NCBI GenBank assembly: GCA_963714275.1
Contig: CAVQNT010000003.1
Location: 192,001 to 256,000, forward strand
Source: Candidatus Bathyarchaeota archaeon
GTDB lineage: Archaea > Thermoproteota > Bathyarchaeia > Bathyarchaeales > DTEX01
DNA length: 64,000 nucleotides
Direction: 5' to 3'
Positions 1-11,855 of the stretch are shown here, piece by piece (position 1 is the stretch's first letter; each line of letters starts with the position of its first letter). Under the pieces are notes generated by a model. That model did not search any database and had not been told where the DNA came from. It saw nothing but the letters and a program-made list of their open reading frames with translations. The position numbers and the translations under genes are program-made.

Positions 1-2
1 CT

Positions 3-713
3 GCTGGAAGGGACGGCGAGTATCTTTTAGGGGCTTTCCGAAAGGAAGGCGTGAACACAGACGGAATTGTAGTCTCAAAAGACGGACGATGCGGCTCAGT
101 CACTGGGTTTGTGGATCAAGAAGGTCAAAGGGCGTTATACTTAGACCCAGGAGTAAACAGCACCTTAAGATTCGATGAGATCAACCTCGAATATGTTACT
201 GGAGTAAAATTCCTGCACTTAACATCTTTTGCATCCAACGATCCTCTTAGGGCACAGATTAAGCTGATTAACATGCTTCCAGAAATCGCCGTGGTTCTTG
301 ATCCGGGAATGATATATGCCCGTAAAGGGCTTGACCGTTTAAGACCCTTAGTGAAAAAATGTTATGCTGCACTTCCTAACGAAGGCGAATTATGGCTATT
401 GACTGGAAAGGGGTGTCCGGAAGGTGCAGAGGTGTTGCTGGATGAAGGGGTAAAAGTGGTTGCAGTTAAACTTGGAGACAGAGGATGTTACGTCACTAAC
501 GGTAAAGAAAGGCACTTCGTAGAACCATACAAGGTGAATGTTGTGGACACCACGGGTGCTGGTGACGCCTTCTGCGCAGGATTCATCTATGGCTTACTAA
601 ATGGAAAACCACTCAAAGAATGCGGAGTAATAGGAAACTTTGTTGCCTCAAGGGTCCTGACCGAGATGGGAGCAAGGAACGGTCTACCAAGAAGAAGTGA
701 ACTTCCAATCTAA
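3..713 (+). CDS. PfkB/ribokinase-family carbohydrate kinase (5'-truncated by window edge)
   Basis: Has the PfkB signature DTTGAGDAF and VKLGDRG. The frame is open from position 3. Confidence 0.9.
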   Translation, partial: AGRDGEYLLGAFRKEGVNTDGIVVSKDGRCGSVTGFVDQEGQRALYLDPGVNSTLRFDEINLEYVTGVKFLHLTSFASNDPLRAQIKLINMLPEIAVVLDPGMIYARKGLDRLRPLVKKCYAALPNEGELWLLTGKGCPEGAEVLLDEGVKVVAVKLGDRGCYVTNGKERHFVEPYKVNVVDTTGAGDAFCAGFIYGLLNGKPLKECGVIGNFVASRVLTEMGARNGLPRRSELPI

Positions 714-820
714 TCTTAGTCATAATCGAATTTTTTTTGTCAAAAAATTAAGTTTCAATTTGGAATGAAAGTTTGAACAACCTTAAATCCTTCCACATAT
801 ACTATCGAAGGGTCAAGCGT

Positions 821-1327
821 ATGATACAAAGGATCTCCTTAACGCTAGACAGAAGGCTTTTCTCGTTATTAGCTGAGGAGATTATAGGCTATCTACCACA
901 GTTTGAACCCTACTCGTCGGATTACCAAATGGTGCTCTACGCTTGTAAAGATCTTAAGGAATGGGTTAAATGGAAGTTTGCCTTAAGATCCCTTCGAGAA
1001 GTTGACGCAGCAATCCAAGAACATTTGGAAAGTGATCATGAATCCTTTAGATGTTTTTTGAGATGTTGGACAAGCCTTTGGGTAGTTAAATGGAGGGAAC
1101 GGGTTGAGGTGCTCACAACCATGCCAAAGCCTCCTAAAGAAGTCTTAAAGCAGATTAAGGACACAAGAACCTTCCTTCAAAAAATGAAATATAGAAAGGA
1201 ACTGAAACAAATGCTAATGCGGAAACTTCTGGTTCAAGGCGAAATCTGCATGGTAGGTTTTATTGCAGAACAATTAATGACGGAGGAGACAACTAGACGT
1301 AATTTAGGCATCAATCCAGACTCATGA
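821..1327 (+). CDS. Hypothetical protein, possibly extending by frameshift to about 1442
   Basis: ORF of 168 aa from ATG 821 (184 aa from TTG 773) with no recognised motif. An overlapping open frame continues to TAA 1440-1442. Confidence 0.6.
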   Translation: MIQRISLTLDRRLFSLLAEEIIGYLPQFEPYSSDYQMVLYACKDLKEWVKWKFALRSLREVDAAIQEHLESDHESFRCFLRCWTSLWVVKWRERVEVLTTMPKPPKEVLKQIKDTRTFLQKMKYRKELKQMLMRKLLVQGEICMVGFIAEQLMTEETTRRNLGINPDS

Positions 1328-1577
1328 GTTCCCACAAACGTTTTCCCTAGACGTCCTAAATGCAATTTCTTATAGGATATCCAAGATATCATTGGAAAAG
1401 GGTCCTCTTGTCTACCTAAACATCAAACCCAATCCGATGTAATGTATTGGGTTATAAAGATGTTTAAAAAAGGATGTAAACTATTGTTTAGAGACTCCCC
1501 TAAAAACATGTTTGATAAAGCCGTCATGATTGTGGTTAAATGTAAACGTTTTGATGATATGAAGGTAGGTTGATTGA

Positions 1578-2000
1578 ATGTTATGCTCAGTTCCAAAAAG
1601 ACTGCTTAAGGAAGCTGCAAAGTTTCATGGTCATTTAGGAGTTTATCTAGTTTTAGGTTTGAAGGCTGGTTTGTATGCTAACGAAATTTTGGGAAAAAAC
1701 ATTTTTGATATGCATGCCTGTGTCGAGACTGAGCCTACTCCGCCACGTTCCTGTTTTGTGGACGGTGTACAGGTAGCAACAGGTTGCACCATGGGAAAAC
1801 GTAACATTGATCTTAGAGACGGAGATTCGCTTTCCGTAAGGTTTACGCGTGATGACCAGCAGCTGACACTTTATGTTAAGCCAGATTTTCTTAAAGAGTT
1901 AACGAGAATTACTTCAATGGAAAAAAGTGAAAAAGCAGCACTAAGTCTGGTTGACAAGCCAATTGAAGACCTTTTTGATATAGCATGTTCCAAGCGATAA
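1578..2000 (+). CDS. FmdE-family protein (formylmethanofuran dehydrogenase subunit E-like)
   Basis: Has FHGHLG...LG and SCFVDGVQVATGCTMGK, the FmdE pattern. Confidence 0.85.
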   Translation: MLCSVPKRLLKEAAKFHGHLGVYLVLGLKAGLYANEILGKNIFDMHACVETEPTPPRSCFVDGVQVATGCTMGKRNIDLRDGDSLSVRFTRDDQQLTLYVKPDFLKELTRITSMEKSEKAALSLVDKPIEDLFDIACSKR

Positions 2001-2133
2001 TTTGTCCATACCTTTCAAAATTAAATACAAACGTAACATGAATTTTTCTGTGGTAAAGTAACAAGCATAGTCATGTTTGCGAAGACCTTATTAGGAGAAC
2101 TTAAATTAACAATTCTCAGACAAAGGTGAATAA

Positions 2134-3148
<1,015 letters not shown>

Positions 3149-3212
3149 AAAACCACACAAGCAATATAGCCATTTCTTCTTCCATGTTTCTTAAAATTAA
3201 GGTGAAGAGGGT

Positions 3213-4436
3213 TTGACGGAGTTTCGAACTTTAGACGACGTTAAGGTGAAAGGAAAAGTAGTGCTGGTGAGAGTTGACTTTAACTCGCCCGTGGACCCTC
3301 AAAGCCTGAAATTATTAGATGATACGAGAATAAAGGCTCACGGCGAAACAACAATAAAGGAATTGGTTGAAAAGGGAGCTAAAGTCGTAATTCTAGCCCA
3401 CCAAGGACGACCTGGAGACCCAGACTTCATTCCTTTAAAACAACATACTATGATTCTTGCTAAAGTCTTAGGTAAGCCTGTGAAATACGTGGATGACCTT
3501 TACGGGGAAGAGGCTAAGGCAGCTATTAAGAACCTTAAATCCGGCGAAGTCATCGTTCTAAAAAATACCAGAACTTACCCTGACGAACAGAAATCAAAAA
3601 CTCCCGAGGAGCACGCTAAATCAGAGTTCATTAAGGCTTTGGCTCCTTTGGCTGATGTGTTTGTTAACGACGCCTTCTCTGCAGCTCACAGGGCACACGC
3701 CTCCGTCGTAGGTTTCTCCGCGGTTCTTCCGACGGTTGCTGGGAGAATTATGGAACGCGAACTTAAGGCCCTCAACAAGGTTTTGGAGTCTCCGCAGAAA
3801 CCTTGCATTTTCATTCTCGGTGGAGCAAAAGCTGATGATTCGCTCGAAATTTCCAAGTACGTCCTTAAGAACGACATTGCGGATTTCGTGCTGACCGGAG
3901 GAATCACAGGGCACCTTTTCATGCTGGCAAGCGGAGTGAACCTTGGGAAACCGAACATGGAGCTGCTGGAAAAACAGGGGATTTTGGGTTTGGTTCCGGG
4001 CATAAAAGAGTTGATGGCTGTGTATCCAGGCAAGGTGAAGACTCCAGTTGATGTTGCTGTTGAAGAGAACGGAAAAAGAAAAGAGTTGCCTGTGGTTTCC
4101 CTTCCAACCGAATTTTCGATCTTCGACATTGGGACACAAACAATCAAGCAGTATAGTCAGATAATAATGAAGGCTAAATCCATTGTTATAAGTGGTCCTC
4201 CGGGAGTGTACGAAAAAAGGGAGTTCCTGAAGGGCACAAAAACAATACTTGAAGCCATAGCTGCATCTGAAGCCTTCTCGTTGGTTGGTGGTGGTCACAC
4301 GGTTGCAGCTGTTCAGGAGTTTGGGCTTGCGGGCAAGATGTCCTATATCAGCACAGCTGGCGGCGCGTTGATAGAGTTTCTAATGGGTAAAACCTTGCCT
4401 GCTGTGGTTGCTCTTGAGGAAGCTGCCAAGAAGTAA
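3213..4436 (+). CDS. pgk: Phosphoglycerate kinase (archaeal-type)
   Basis: Has RVDFNSP, HQGRPG, NDAFSAAHRAHAS, GGAK and STAGGA motifs. Confidence 0.96.
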   Translation: MTEFRTLDDVKVKGKVVLVRVDFNSPVDPQSLKLLDDTRIKAHGETTIKELVEKGAKVVILAHQGRPGDPDFIPLKQHTMILAKVLGKPVKYVDDLYGEEAKAAIKNLKSGEVIVLKNTRTYPDEQKSKTPEEHAKSEFIKALAPLADVFVNDAFSAAHRAHASVVGFSAVLPTVAGRIMERELKALNKVLESPQKPCIFILGGAKADDSLEISKYVLKNDIADFVLTGGITGHLFMLASGVNLGKPNMELLEKQGILGLVPGIKELMAVYPGKVKTPVDVAVEENGKRKELPVVSLPTEFSIFDIGTQTIKQYSQIIMKAKSIVISGPPGVYEKREFLKGTKTILEAIAASEAFSLVGGGHTVAAVQEFGLAGKMSYISTAGGALIEFLMGKTLPAVVALEEAAKK

Positions 4437-4464
4437 CTGTGGATTCCAAATTTCGCGCTGTTGT

Positions 4465-5154
4465 TTATTTGAACTCCACGGTTAGGATACGAATATAGTC
4501 TCCTGTGTCAGCGCAACTGTCAGCTGCTTCCTCCATAGCGTCTAACAGGTCTTTCAGGATCAAAAGACTCCACGGATTTATTTCGGTGCCATATTTTAAG
4601 AGAAGACTCTTAATTTCCAGTTGCTTTTTGTCAACCTTGTTCTCTTCATCTTCAACCTTTTCTGACATTACTCTTGCCTGAACAGGATCTTCGCCTAAAC
4701 ATCGCAGGCTTTCCCTCAAAACTGCTGCGGTTCGAACTATGCCAGTCGACATTTCGTAAAAGGCTTTCCATACTTCTTTTGGAATGTTTGCATTTAGTAG
4801 GACGAGGACGTTTCTTGCTGAGTTTTTGATATAGTCCGCCATCATGTCTAGACGTTTGACAAGATGCATGATGTCTTCGCGTTCTTGGAATCCAAGGTTG
4901 CCTTTTGTTAGCTCCTCGAACACCATTCTTCTAAGGTTGTCTATCTCCTCTTCCACCCGGAAGAGTCTTTCAATCGTTGTCTTCGCTTCCTCTACGTCAT
5001 CAGCTGACGCAGCTTTAATTGCTCTTTCAAGATCGTTGACTGTGTCAAGAGCCACCGTCATTTGCCTATAGGCTATGTCCAAAACCTTATTTTTCCGCCG
5101 TTTCTCGAACCAACTTTCCATCACAGGAAAACTCCTAACTTGTTCTTTTTTCAT
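4465..5154 (-). CDS. DUF47/PhoU-like phosphate transport regulator
   Basis: Two helical repeats with E..xD patterns (VEEEIDNLRR, EENKVDK; EEAADSCAD). Confidence 0.8.
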   Translation of the reverse strand: MKKEQVRSFPVMESWFEKRRKNKVLDIAYRQMTVALDTVNDLERAIKAASADDVEEAKTTIERLFRVEEEIDNLRRMVFEELTKGNLGFQEREDIMHLVKRLDMMADYIKNSARNVLVLLNANIPKEVWKAFYEMSTGIVRTAAVLRESLRCLGEDPVQARVMSEKVEDEENKVDKKQLEIKSLLLKYGTEINPWSLLILKDLLDAMEEAADSCADTGDYIRILTVEFK

Positions 5155-5215
5155 CTTTCACACCAGTGATTTTAAAGTTTACTCTTTTTGAATATACAAA
5201 ATCCTCATTTTTTAG

Positions 5216-6318
5216 TCATTCCACCGAAATCTCCTTCTCCAACCCCGACTGTGGGTACTGGTAAAGCAAGACAGACTCGGGAGGAAATTTTAAGTTAACC
5301 CGAGTTCCTGTTCTCAGTTCCTGTGAAGCTGAAGAGAATGGAGTTTTTACAACAACGACTTTACCATTTTTTGTTTTGACTTCGTACCGTACCATGCTTC
5401 CCATGAAGGTCACCGCCTCGACTGATCCCTTCCAAAGCGGTTCAATTTTACGTTTTTTTTCTATGACTACGAATTCGGGTCTGATTGCTGCAACGACTTT
5501 GGCGTCTTTAGAGGACGCTTTTTCCAAACTGTAAAGAAAAGAATCATCCACATTTACTCTAGTCCCTTTATCCGTCTCCTCGGTAATATAACCTTCGAAA
5601 AAATTTGCTTCGCCAACAAAATTTGCTGTGAAAAGTTCTTTTGGATGAAGGTACAGTCTGTAAAGGTGTATCGACTTCGACTATTTTGCCCGTTTTCATA
5701 ACGACAATCTTGTCCGCGACTGCCATAGCTTCCTCTTGGTCGTGAGTGACGTGGATTGCTGTGAGGTCAAGGTCCTTAATCATCTTCTTGATTTCATGTC
5801 TTAACAATTTTCTGACCTTGATGTCTAACGAACCGAGGGGTTCGTCAAGTAGCAACAGGAGGGAACCTGACGCAAGGGCTCGTGCGATCGCTGTTTTTTG
5901 TTGTGCGCCTCCGCTTAGCACGTTTGGGTGGTCGTTGACTCTGTCTCCGAGAACCATCATGTTTAACATTTCTTTGACAAGGATCCTAATTTTGGACGGG
6001 CTCCACCCTTTAACAAAAGGTCCGTATGAAACGTTTTCATAGACGTTCATGTGGGGGAAAAGAGCGATGTCTTGGAAGACATATCCGATTCCTCGGTCTT
6101 GAATTGGAACATCGTTCATAAGTTTGCTGTCGATGTAGATTTCTCCCTCGGTTGGCTGTATAATGCCTGAAATGCACTTTATCAGTGTGGTCTTGCCGCA
6201 TCCGCTTGGACCAATTATGCACACATATTCTTTGTCTTCGATTGCCAGATTCACGTTTTCCACTGCTGTTATGTCTCTATACTTTTTTGTTATGTTCACC
6301 AGTCTGAACCGAGGGCAT
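5216..6318 (-). CDS. ABC transporter ATP-binding subunit with C-terminal TOBE domain (frameshifted)
   Basis: Has Walker A GPSGCGKT, LSGGAQQ, LLLLDEP and HVTHDQEEA. Joins ORFs 5568-6299 and 5216-5551; start ATG 6318. Confidence 0.88.
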
Positions 6319-7431
6319 CTATATAGCCTCCAGCTCCCTGAAAAGACCCGCCTGAGGATATGGGTATGTCTTTATGTTCTCTGGTTGAAGCCTAATGTAG
6401 ACTTTTTCGTTGTCTGAAAACGTCTTTCTCTGTTGGTTTACTGGAATTTTCGAGTTAACTACATCACCATTTTTTAGCAAAATTTCGAACACTGTTGAGT
6501 TTCCTAAGAAACTAGCAGATTGAATAGTTCCTGGAAAGAAATTGATTTCCTGTTCCTCGCCAATCCGCTTAACTATTTTCGTTAGTTCCTCCCTTACTGC
6601 CAGAACCACTTTTTCTCCGGGTGAGTAATCAATTTCTCTGACACGTACGATGAAACGGTTGCGGAGTGTATCCGAGCTCCCTGTTGGTCTCTCTCTACGA
6701 CGAATCCTTCTAGAAAGTTTGCGCCGCCGACGAAGTTGGCTACAAAAATGCTTTGGGGTTCATTGTAAACTTTGGAGGGGACGTTTACTTGCTGGATTTT
6801 GCCTTGTCGTAGAACCGCGATTCTGTCTCCTACAATCATGGCTTCTTCTTGGTCATGTGTCACATGGATGGCAGTGAACCCTCTTTCCTTTACAAGGTCC
6901 CTAATTTTGTATCGAAGTTCAACCCTGATGCGGGCGTCCAAGGCTCCTAAAGGTTCGTCCAGTAAAAGCAGGTTGGCGTTTGAGGCAAGTCCTCTTGCCA
7001 GCGCGAGACGTTGCTGCATGCCGCCACTTAGCTCATTTGGTTGTGAATTTGCCCTTCCAGCCAACCTCGTCATCTCCAACATTTTCATCGAAATTCTGTA
7101 GGCTTCTTCTTTGTTAAGACCTTTTGAGGTTGGTCCGAAAGCAACATTTTGGAGGGCACTTAGATGCGGGAAAAGGGCATAGTTCTGTGGAACAAAAGCG
7201 GTGTTTCGCTCTTGAGGTGGAACATTATTGGCAAGTTCATTGTCGATGAATATTTCGCCTTCGTCGGGTTTAATTATTCCGGCAATAAGCTTAAGTAAAG
7301 TCGTTTTTCCACTGCCAGTTGGACCTAAAACGCAAAGGTATTCGCCGTCTTCCACTTCTAGGTTTAGACTTGTTAATTGCAGAAATTTTCCCGAACCTCT
7401 TTGTAACGTTGATTAGACGAACCGACGGCAT
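6319..7431 (-). CDS. ABC transporter ATP-binding subunit with TOBE domain (frameshifted)
   Basis: Has GPTGSGKT, LSGGMQQR and LLLLDEP. Joins ORFs 6594-7355 and 6319-6609; start ATG 7431 (MPSVRLIN). Confidence 0.88.
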
Positions 7432-7438
7432 TCCCCTT

Positions 7439-9095
7439 TCACCCTTTACCTCTGACGATAATTCTTATCAAAAGGAGAACCATGAAAGAAGCCAAGATGA
7501 GAAAACCAATCCCTAACGCGCTCTCAGACGGCGAGGCATACCCCTTTACAATCCAATCCACCAGCAAAACGGGAACAGTTTTCAAGGCGCCTCCAGCTGC
7601 CTTAGCTGCTCCTGTCTCGCCGATGCATCGAGTAAAAACAAGAACAGCGCCTGAAAAGACCGAATACTTCGTTAAGGGTAAAGTTATTCTTTTAAAGATA
7701 GTGAAAGGCTTAGCCCCAAGTGTGCTGGCGACCTCTTCCATCTCTGGCGACACGCTTTCGATGGCTGCAGACATGGATAAAACGAAATAAGTATAGGTTA
7801 TTGTTATGTGCGAAAGGACGAGAACCCAAAACTCAGGCGCCTGAAGGCTTCCCCAAAAGAATTTTAGTGAAATGCCGAGAGCAATCGAAGGAACGATGAT
7901 AGGAATGTTAACAAGTGAATCCAGAACCGGAGTTAGGCGACCGAGCTTCTTACGAGCAATAATTATCGCCACAGGCAATCCAGCTGCAACGTTTGTGATT
8001 GTGGATATGAAACCAATAACGTAAGACAAGAGCATACTGCTCCAGAAGGCGTTCCACGGTTCAGCTCCGCCTAAAGCCTGCAGCCCAAAGTTCCGTTAGT
8101 AAAGCGTTAGTTAGGGGCAATGCGATGAAAAGTGAAGGGCAAATTACGAACACAAAAAACGCTGCAATTGCTACGAGATCCCTGCTTTTAACGGATGTAT
8201 TACTGCTTAATTTTCTTTCAAGATTTGGCCACGCCCGTCTAATTGGAAGCTTCAATCGTGGAGCAAGTAGCCTTATGGCGAGGAACACTGCGACCGAGCT
8301 CAGAATAAGAAGCGAGCTTACATAGACAAGGGCGCCCTTCATTTCGGTGTTGTAATATATGAACACGGGACCATTCTCGAATGATCCAGCCACCATTACG
8401 GTGGCTCCTGTTTCGGAAAGCGATCTGGCGAAGGCTAGAAGGAAAGATGCGATTAACGCTGGCTTCAACAGGGGCAAGGTTACGGTTCTCACCGACGTAA
8501 AGGGTGGGGCGCCAAGAGTTTTGGCTGCTACTTCGTAAACTTGCTTGTAGCCTAGTAGTTCGCCTACCATGACCCTTACGATCACGGGGTAAGAGAAGGC
8601 GAAGTGAAGCAGAAGTACAAGCACGAAGCCTGGTGGAACAAGCGTCTCAACTCCGAACAGGCTGGAGATTCCTCCTTTTTGGCTCCAGAACAGGCTTGCG
8701 GAGTATCCTAGGGCAGTTGTTGGAATAAGGAAAGGAACATCGGCTAAAGTATCTATCACGTTAATCAGTCTGGATTTGCTTCGAACGATGAACCATGCAA
8801 GCGGCAAAGCTGCGACAAGGTCTAAAACAGAAACAGCGAAAGCAGTTAAAAATGACCATGCGATGGCTGAGTTCGCTCTCGCAAGCAGCTCTGGCATCTC
8901 ATAAATCTGCGTTATGCTGCCGATGTTTTGGAGTATGCCGATTACTGGGGGGACAAGAATCAAGGCGAAAAAGAAGGCAATGGCGGAAATATAGACGAGA
9001 TGTTTCGCCCATGGTTTGGAGGAGAGAGCGTCAAGACTCTTAACAAACCTAGACATAGGTCCACGTTGCTTAGTTGCTTTTTGTTGGCTCTCCAT
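7439..9095 (-). CDS. ABC transporter permease with two fused membrane domains (Fe3+/thiamine/molybdate-like class), frameshifted near 8060-8100
   Basis: Two EAA-loop motifs (EVAAKTLGA, EEVASTLGA), ARSLSETGA/TRCIGETGA and hydrophobic helices. Confidence 0.85.
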
Positions 9096-9345
9096 TTCTT
9101 TTGTAGAGAAATACGTAAGTGGATATATAGTTTATCTGTGCAACGGTTTATGGTAATTATATGCCTCATATAACTTGATAAAAATAATAACGAAAATGTC
9201 ACAATAAATTATTTTTTAACCTGAAACCGTTGAAAACACAAAAAAACAGCTATTTGTTATGCATAATTGAAAGTCGTATGTCACACACATCAGAACAATC
9301 TATTCTGGACCTTTGCCTTTCATATTCAATAACTTCATGTCCTAT

Positions 9346-9488
9346 AGAACAGCCTTTTGCGCCCAAAACAACAGAATAGATGCGTTACAAAACAGAACAA
9401 GTCTAAGCCAATGCAGAATGTTGTTTAAACAGCAAAACCTGATGATGAACAAATCAGACCAGACTGAAACGCCTAAAATCAATTATTA
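9346..9488 (-). repeat. Dispersed intergenic repeat, copy A
   Basis: The reverse complement of 9449-9472 matches 21971-21994 at 22/24. The reverse complement of 9348-9363 is identical to 32137-32152 (16 bp). Confidence 0.7.
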
Positions 9489-9559
9489 AAAGAAAAATCA
9501 GCACTTTGGAAAAGCAGCTTTGGCATGTCGAGTTGTAGCTCAGCTAGATTTCCTTAGTC

Positions 9560-10603
9560 TTAAGTAGTAAACGCCGCTTTCACGGCTTCCTTGTAAGCAT
9601 AGTAAGCCAGCTTAGGCTTAGCTTTTACGTCGAGGAGTCCCCAGCCACATTCCGATGGACACTCAGGCTGACCACACTGCCAACACGTCGGAGGGTCACG
9701 CCAACGGAAAAAGAAGTTACCCAAAAGGTAAGGGATCTCTGCGAACATCCCCAGCGCAACCTTCACAAATTCAGCCTGTTCAACCTCTGAATGCTCTTTT
9801 TTCCAAACGTTGTACCACGCCTTCTCGTAGCAGTTCCAACCGTTCCAGCCTTCCGGCGGAGAACCCTTAGGACTTTCCTTCACGCGCCCTATGGAGGAGT
9901 ACCCCCACTCGTGAATGACGACGGGAACATTGGTGATTCGGTGAATCTTTTCCAGAAGCGGAGGCCAACTCTCAGGACTGCCGGGTGCCCAAGAACCGAA
10001 ATACCCGTCTATCCCAGCGTAATCAAGGGGTTTCTCGCCCCTTGCATACAGGTTTTCGAAGAGCCATCTACCATCGGCACCTAGCCCCGCGGGATTGATG
10101 CTTGTCTCGGCTTCTGGGTTGCCTTCTTTGACGCCCAAACTTCCCTCTTTCAGGAAACGAACAGCCTGCTCAACGGTCATGGGTCCTCGGAAGATGCGTA
10201 TGTCCATCTCGTTTGAAACCTGCCACAACTGCACAAGCCCAGCGGTTTGTTCACCCATCTCTTTGCATCCTTCGCGGTAGGCTTCATAATACCTGTTCGA
10301 GTCATAGGTTCCCGCCCATTTAGGCAATTCAGGCTGCCAAACTGTTTTACCTAGTTTTTTATTGAACCGATAGGAACCTGTAAGCGGAGTGACCCCCATT
10401 ATTTTAAAGCCTTTCTTTCTTAACGTTTTCACGTGCTCTACCGTTTCCAGAAACCGGGGGTTAGACTCGCCATGCAACCGGTCTTTGAATGGATAAGTAA
10501 AGCCTATTCTGATCCATTCGATTCCCGCCTGTTTCATCAGAACATAATCGGGGTCTGAATAGGTGTATGCGCATATTCCCATAATGTGTTTTCCGTTCTT
10601 CAT
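9560..10603 (-). CDS. Clan GH-A glycoside hydrolase (GH5/GH39-like TIM barrel)
   Basis: Has acid/base WQVSNE, nucleophile IHEWGY and the C-terminal WGLL...PK.AY pattern. Confidence 0.75.
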   Translation of the reverse strand: MKNGKHIMGICAYTYSDPDYVLMKQAGIEWIRIGFTYPFKDRLHGESNPRFLETVEHVKTLRKKGFKIMGVTPLTGSYRFNKKLGKTVWQPELPKWAGTYDSNRYYEAYREGCKEMGEQTAGLVQLWQVSNEMDIRIFRGPMTVEQAVRFLKEGSLGVKEGNPEAETSINPAGLGADGRWLFENLYARGEKPLDYAGIDGYFGSWAPGSPESWPPLLEKIHRITNVPVVIHEWGYSSIGRVKESPKGSPPEGWNGWNCYEKAWYNVWKKEHSEVEQAEFVKVALGMFAEIPYLLGNFFFRWRDPPTCWQCGQPECPSECGWGLLDVKAKPKLAYYAYKEAVKAAFTT

Positions 10604-10677
10604 CTTGCATCTGTAATCTTCTTTAACTTTCGTTCATAAAAGATTTCCCGAGGATCGATAAATTAGATAAAATAGAT

Positions 10678-11769
10678 ATGCGTAGAAAAAGTAGTGATGT
10701 TGGAATGAATGCTCGCGAAAGAATCAAACTGGCTTTGAATCACCGTGAAGCTGACCGAATTCCGATTCACGACAGTCCCTGGGCAGCGACGGTTGACCGG
10801 TGGCGAAACGAAGGATTACCTTCAGGGATATCGACTGCTGACTACTTCGGTTACGAGATGGGAAGCGTTGGACCTGATACTTCGCCGATGTTTCCCGTTG
10901 AGGTTCTTTCTGAAGACGATGAATACATTGTCGAAAAGAACAGTTATGGCGGAGTTAGGAAAAACCACAGGGACTATTCAACCACGCCCATGATTATCGA
11001 CTACCCGTGCAAGAACAGGGAAGACTGGGAAAAAATCAAGCCCAAATTGAAGCCAAGCGATTACAGGGTTGATTGGGTATCAGGTTTGCAGTCTTTTCAT
11101 CGCGAACACAGTCGAGGACGCTTCATCACCTACAATGCGGTTGTTGGATACGACAAGATAATGCTCTACGTAGCATTACCTCGCCTTTTAAGGGCAGTCA
11201 TCCAAGAGCCAGAATGGGTCAAAGACATGTACTGGACGGACGCAAAGCTAGCCATAGATATGTGCGACCTAATGATGAAAGGAGGGTTCAAGTTTGACGG
11301 TGCCTTCCTCTACTGCGACTTGGGTTATAGAGGAGGACTCTTTTTTTCCCCCAAGTATTATGAGGAGCAGATGCATCCTGTGTTCAAGGAACTGTGCCGA
11401 TACTTCCATAGTCACGAGATGCCGGTGTTCCTTCATTGCTGTGGTAAAGTCAAGGACCTCATTCCGTTCTTTATCGAGGAGGGGATTGACTGTCTTCAAC
11501 CGCTGGAAGTTAAATCCGGCATGGACCTCATAGAGCTCAAAGAAAAATACGGAGACAAAATCTCCTACATGGGAGGCATCGACGTGAGACTCATGGCCCT
11601 CGACGACCCGAAACCTATAGAGAAAGAAATCAAAGAGAAGATTACAGCAGCAAAGGAAGACGGTGGCTACATCTACCACTCCGACCATTCTGTGCCTAAG
11701 GACGTCAGCTTTGAACAATACAAGAGAATAATTAAATTAGTCCACAAGTACGGAAAATACAAATCTTAA
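10678..11769 (+). CDS. Uroporphyrinogen decarboxylase / MtaA-CmuA methyltransferase family protein
   Basis: Has RERI.LALNHREADRIP, DLG, HCCG, GGID and GGYIYHSDHSVP. Confidence 0.85.
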   Translation: MRRKSSDVGMNARERIKLALNHREADRIPIHDSPWAATVDRWRNEGLPSGISTADYFGYEMGSVGPDTSPMFPVEVLSEDDEYIVEKNSYGGVRKNHRDYSTTPMIIDYPCKNREDWEKIKPKLKPSDYRVDWVSGLQSFHREHSRGRFITYNAVVGYDKIMLYVALPRLLRAVIQEPEWVKDMYWTDAKLAIDMCDLMMKGGFKFDGAFLYCDLGYRGGLFFSPKYYEEQMHPVFKELCRYFHSHEMPVFLHCCGKVKDLIPFFIEEGIDCLQPLEVKSGMDLIELKEKYGDKISYMGGIDVRLMALDDPKPIEKEIKEKITAAKEDGGYIYHSDHSVPKDVSFEQYKRIIKLVHKYGKYKS

Positions 11770-11855
11770 ACCTTCAGATAGAAAAACGAGTAATACCATC
11801 TGAGAAAAAGTAATATACTATTTTCAAATATATTTCCGCAAAAGGAGGACCTTAA

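Noticed and set aside
9438-9467. CTGA-TGATGA-N15-CTGA resembling half of a C/D box sRNA
   Set aside because: There is no convincing upstream C box. It lies inside the dispersed repeat, and the other copies do not preserve the boxes.
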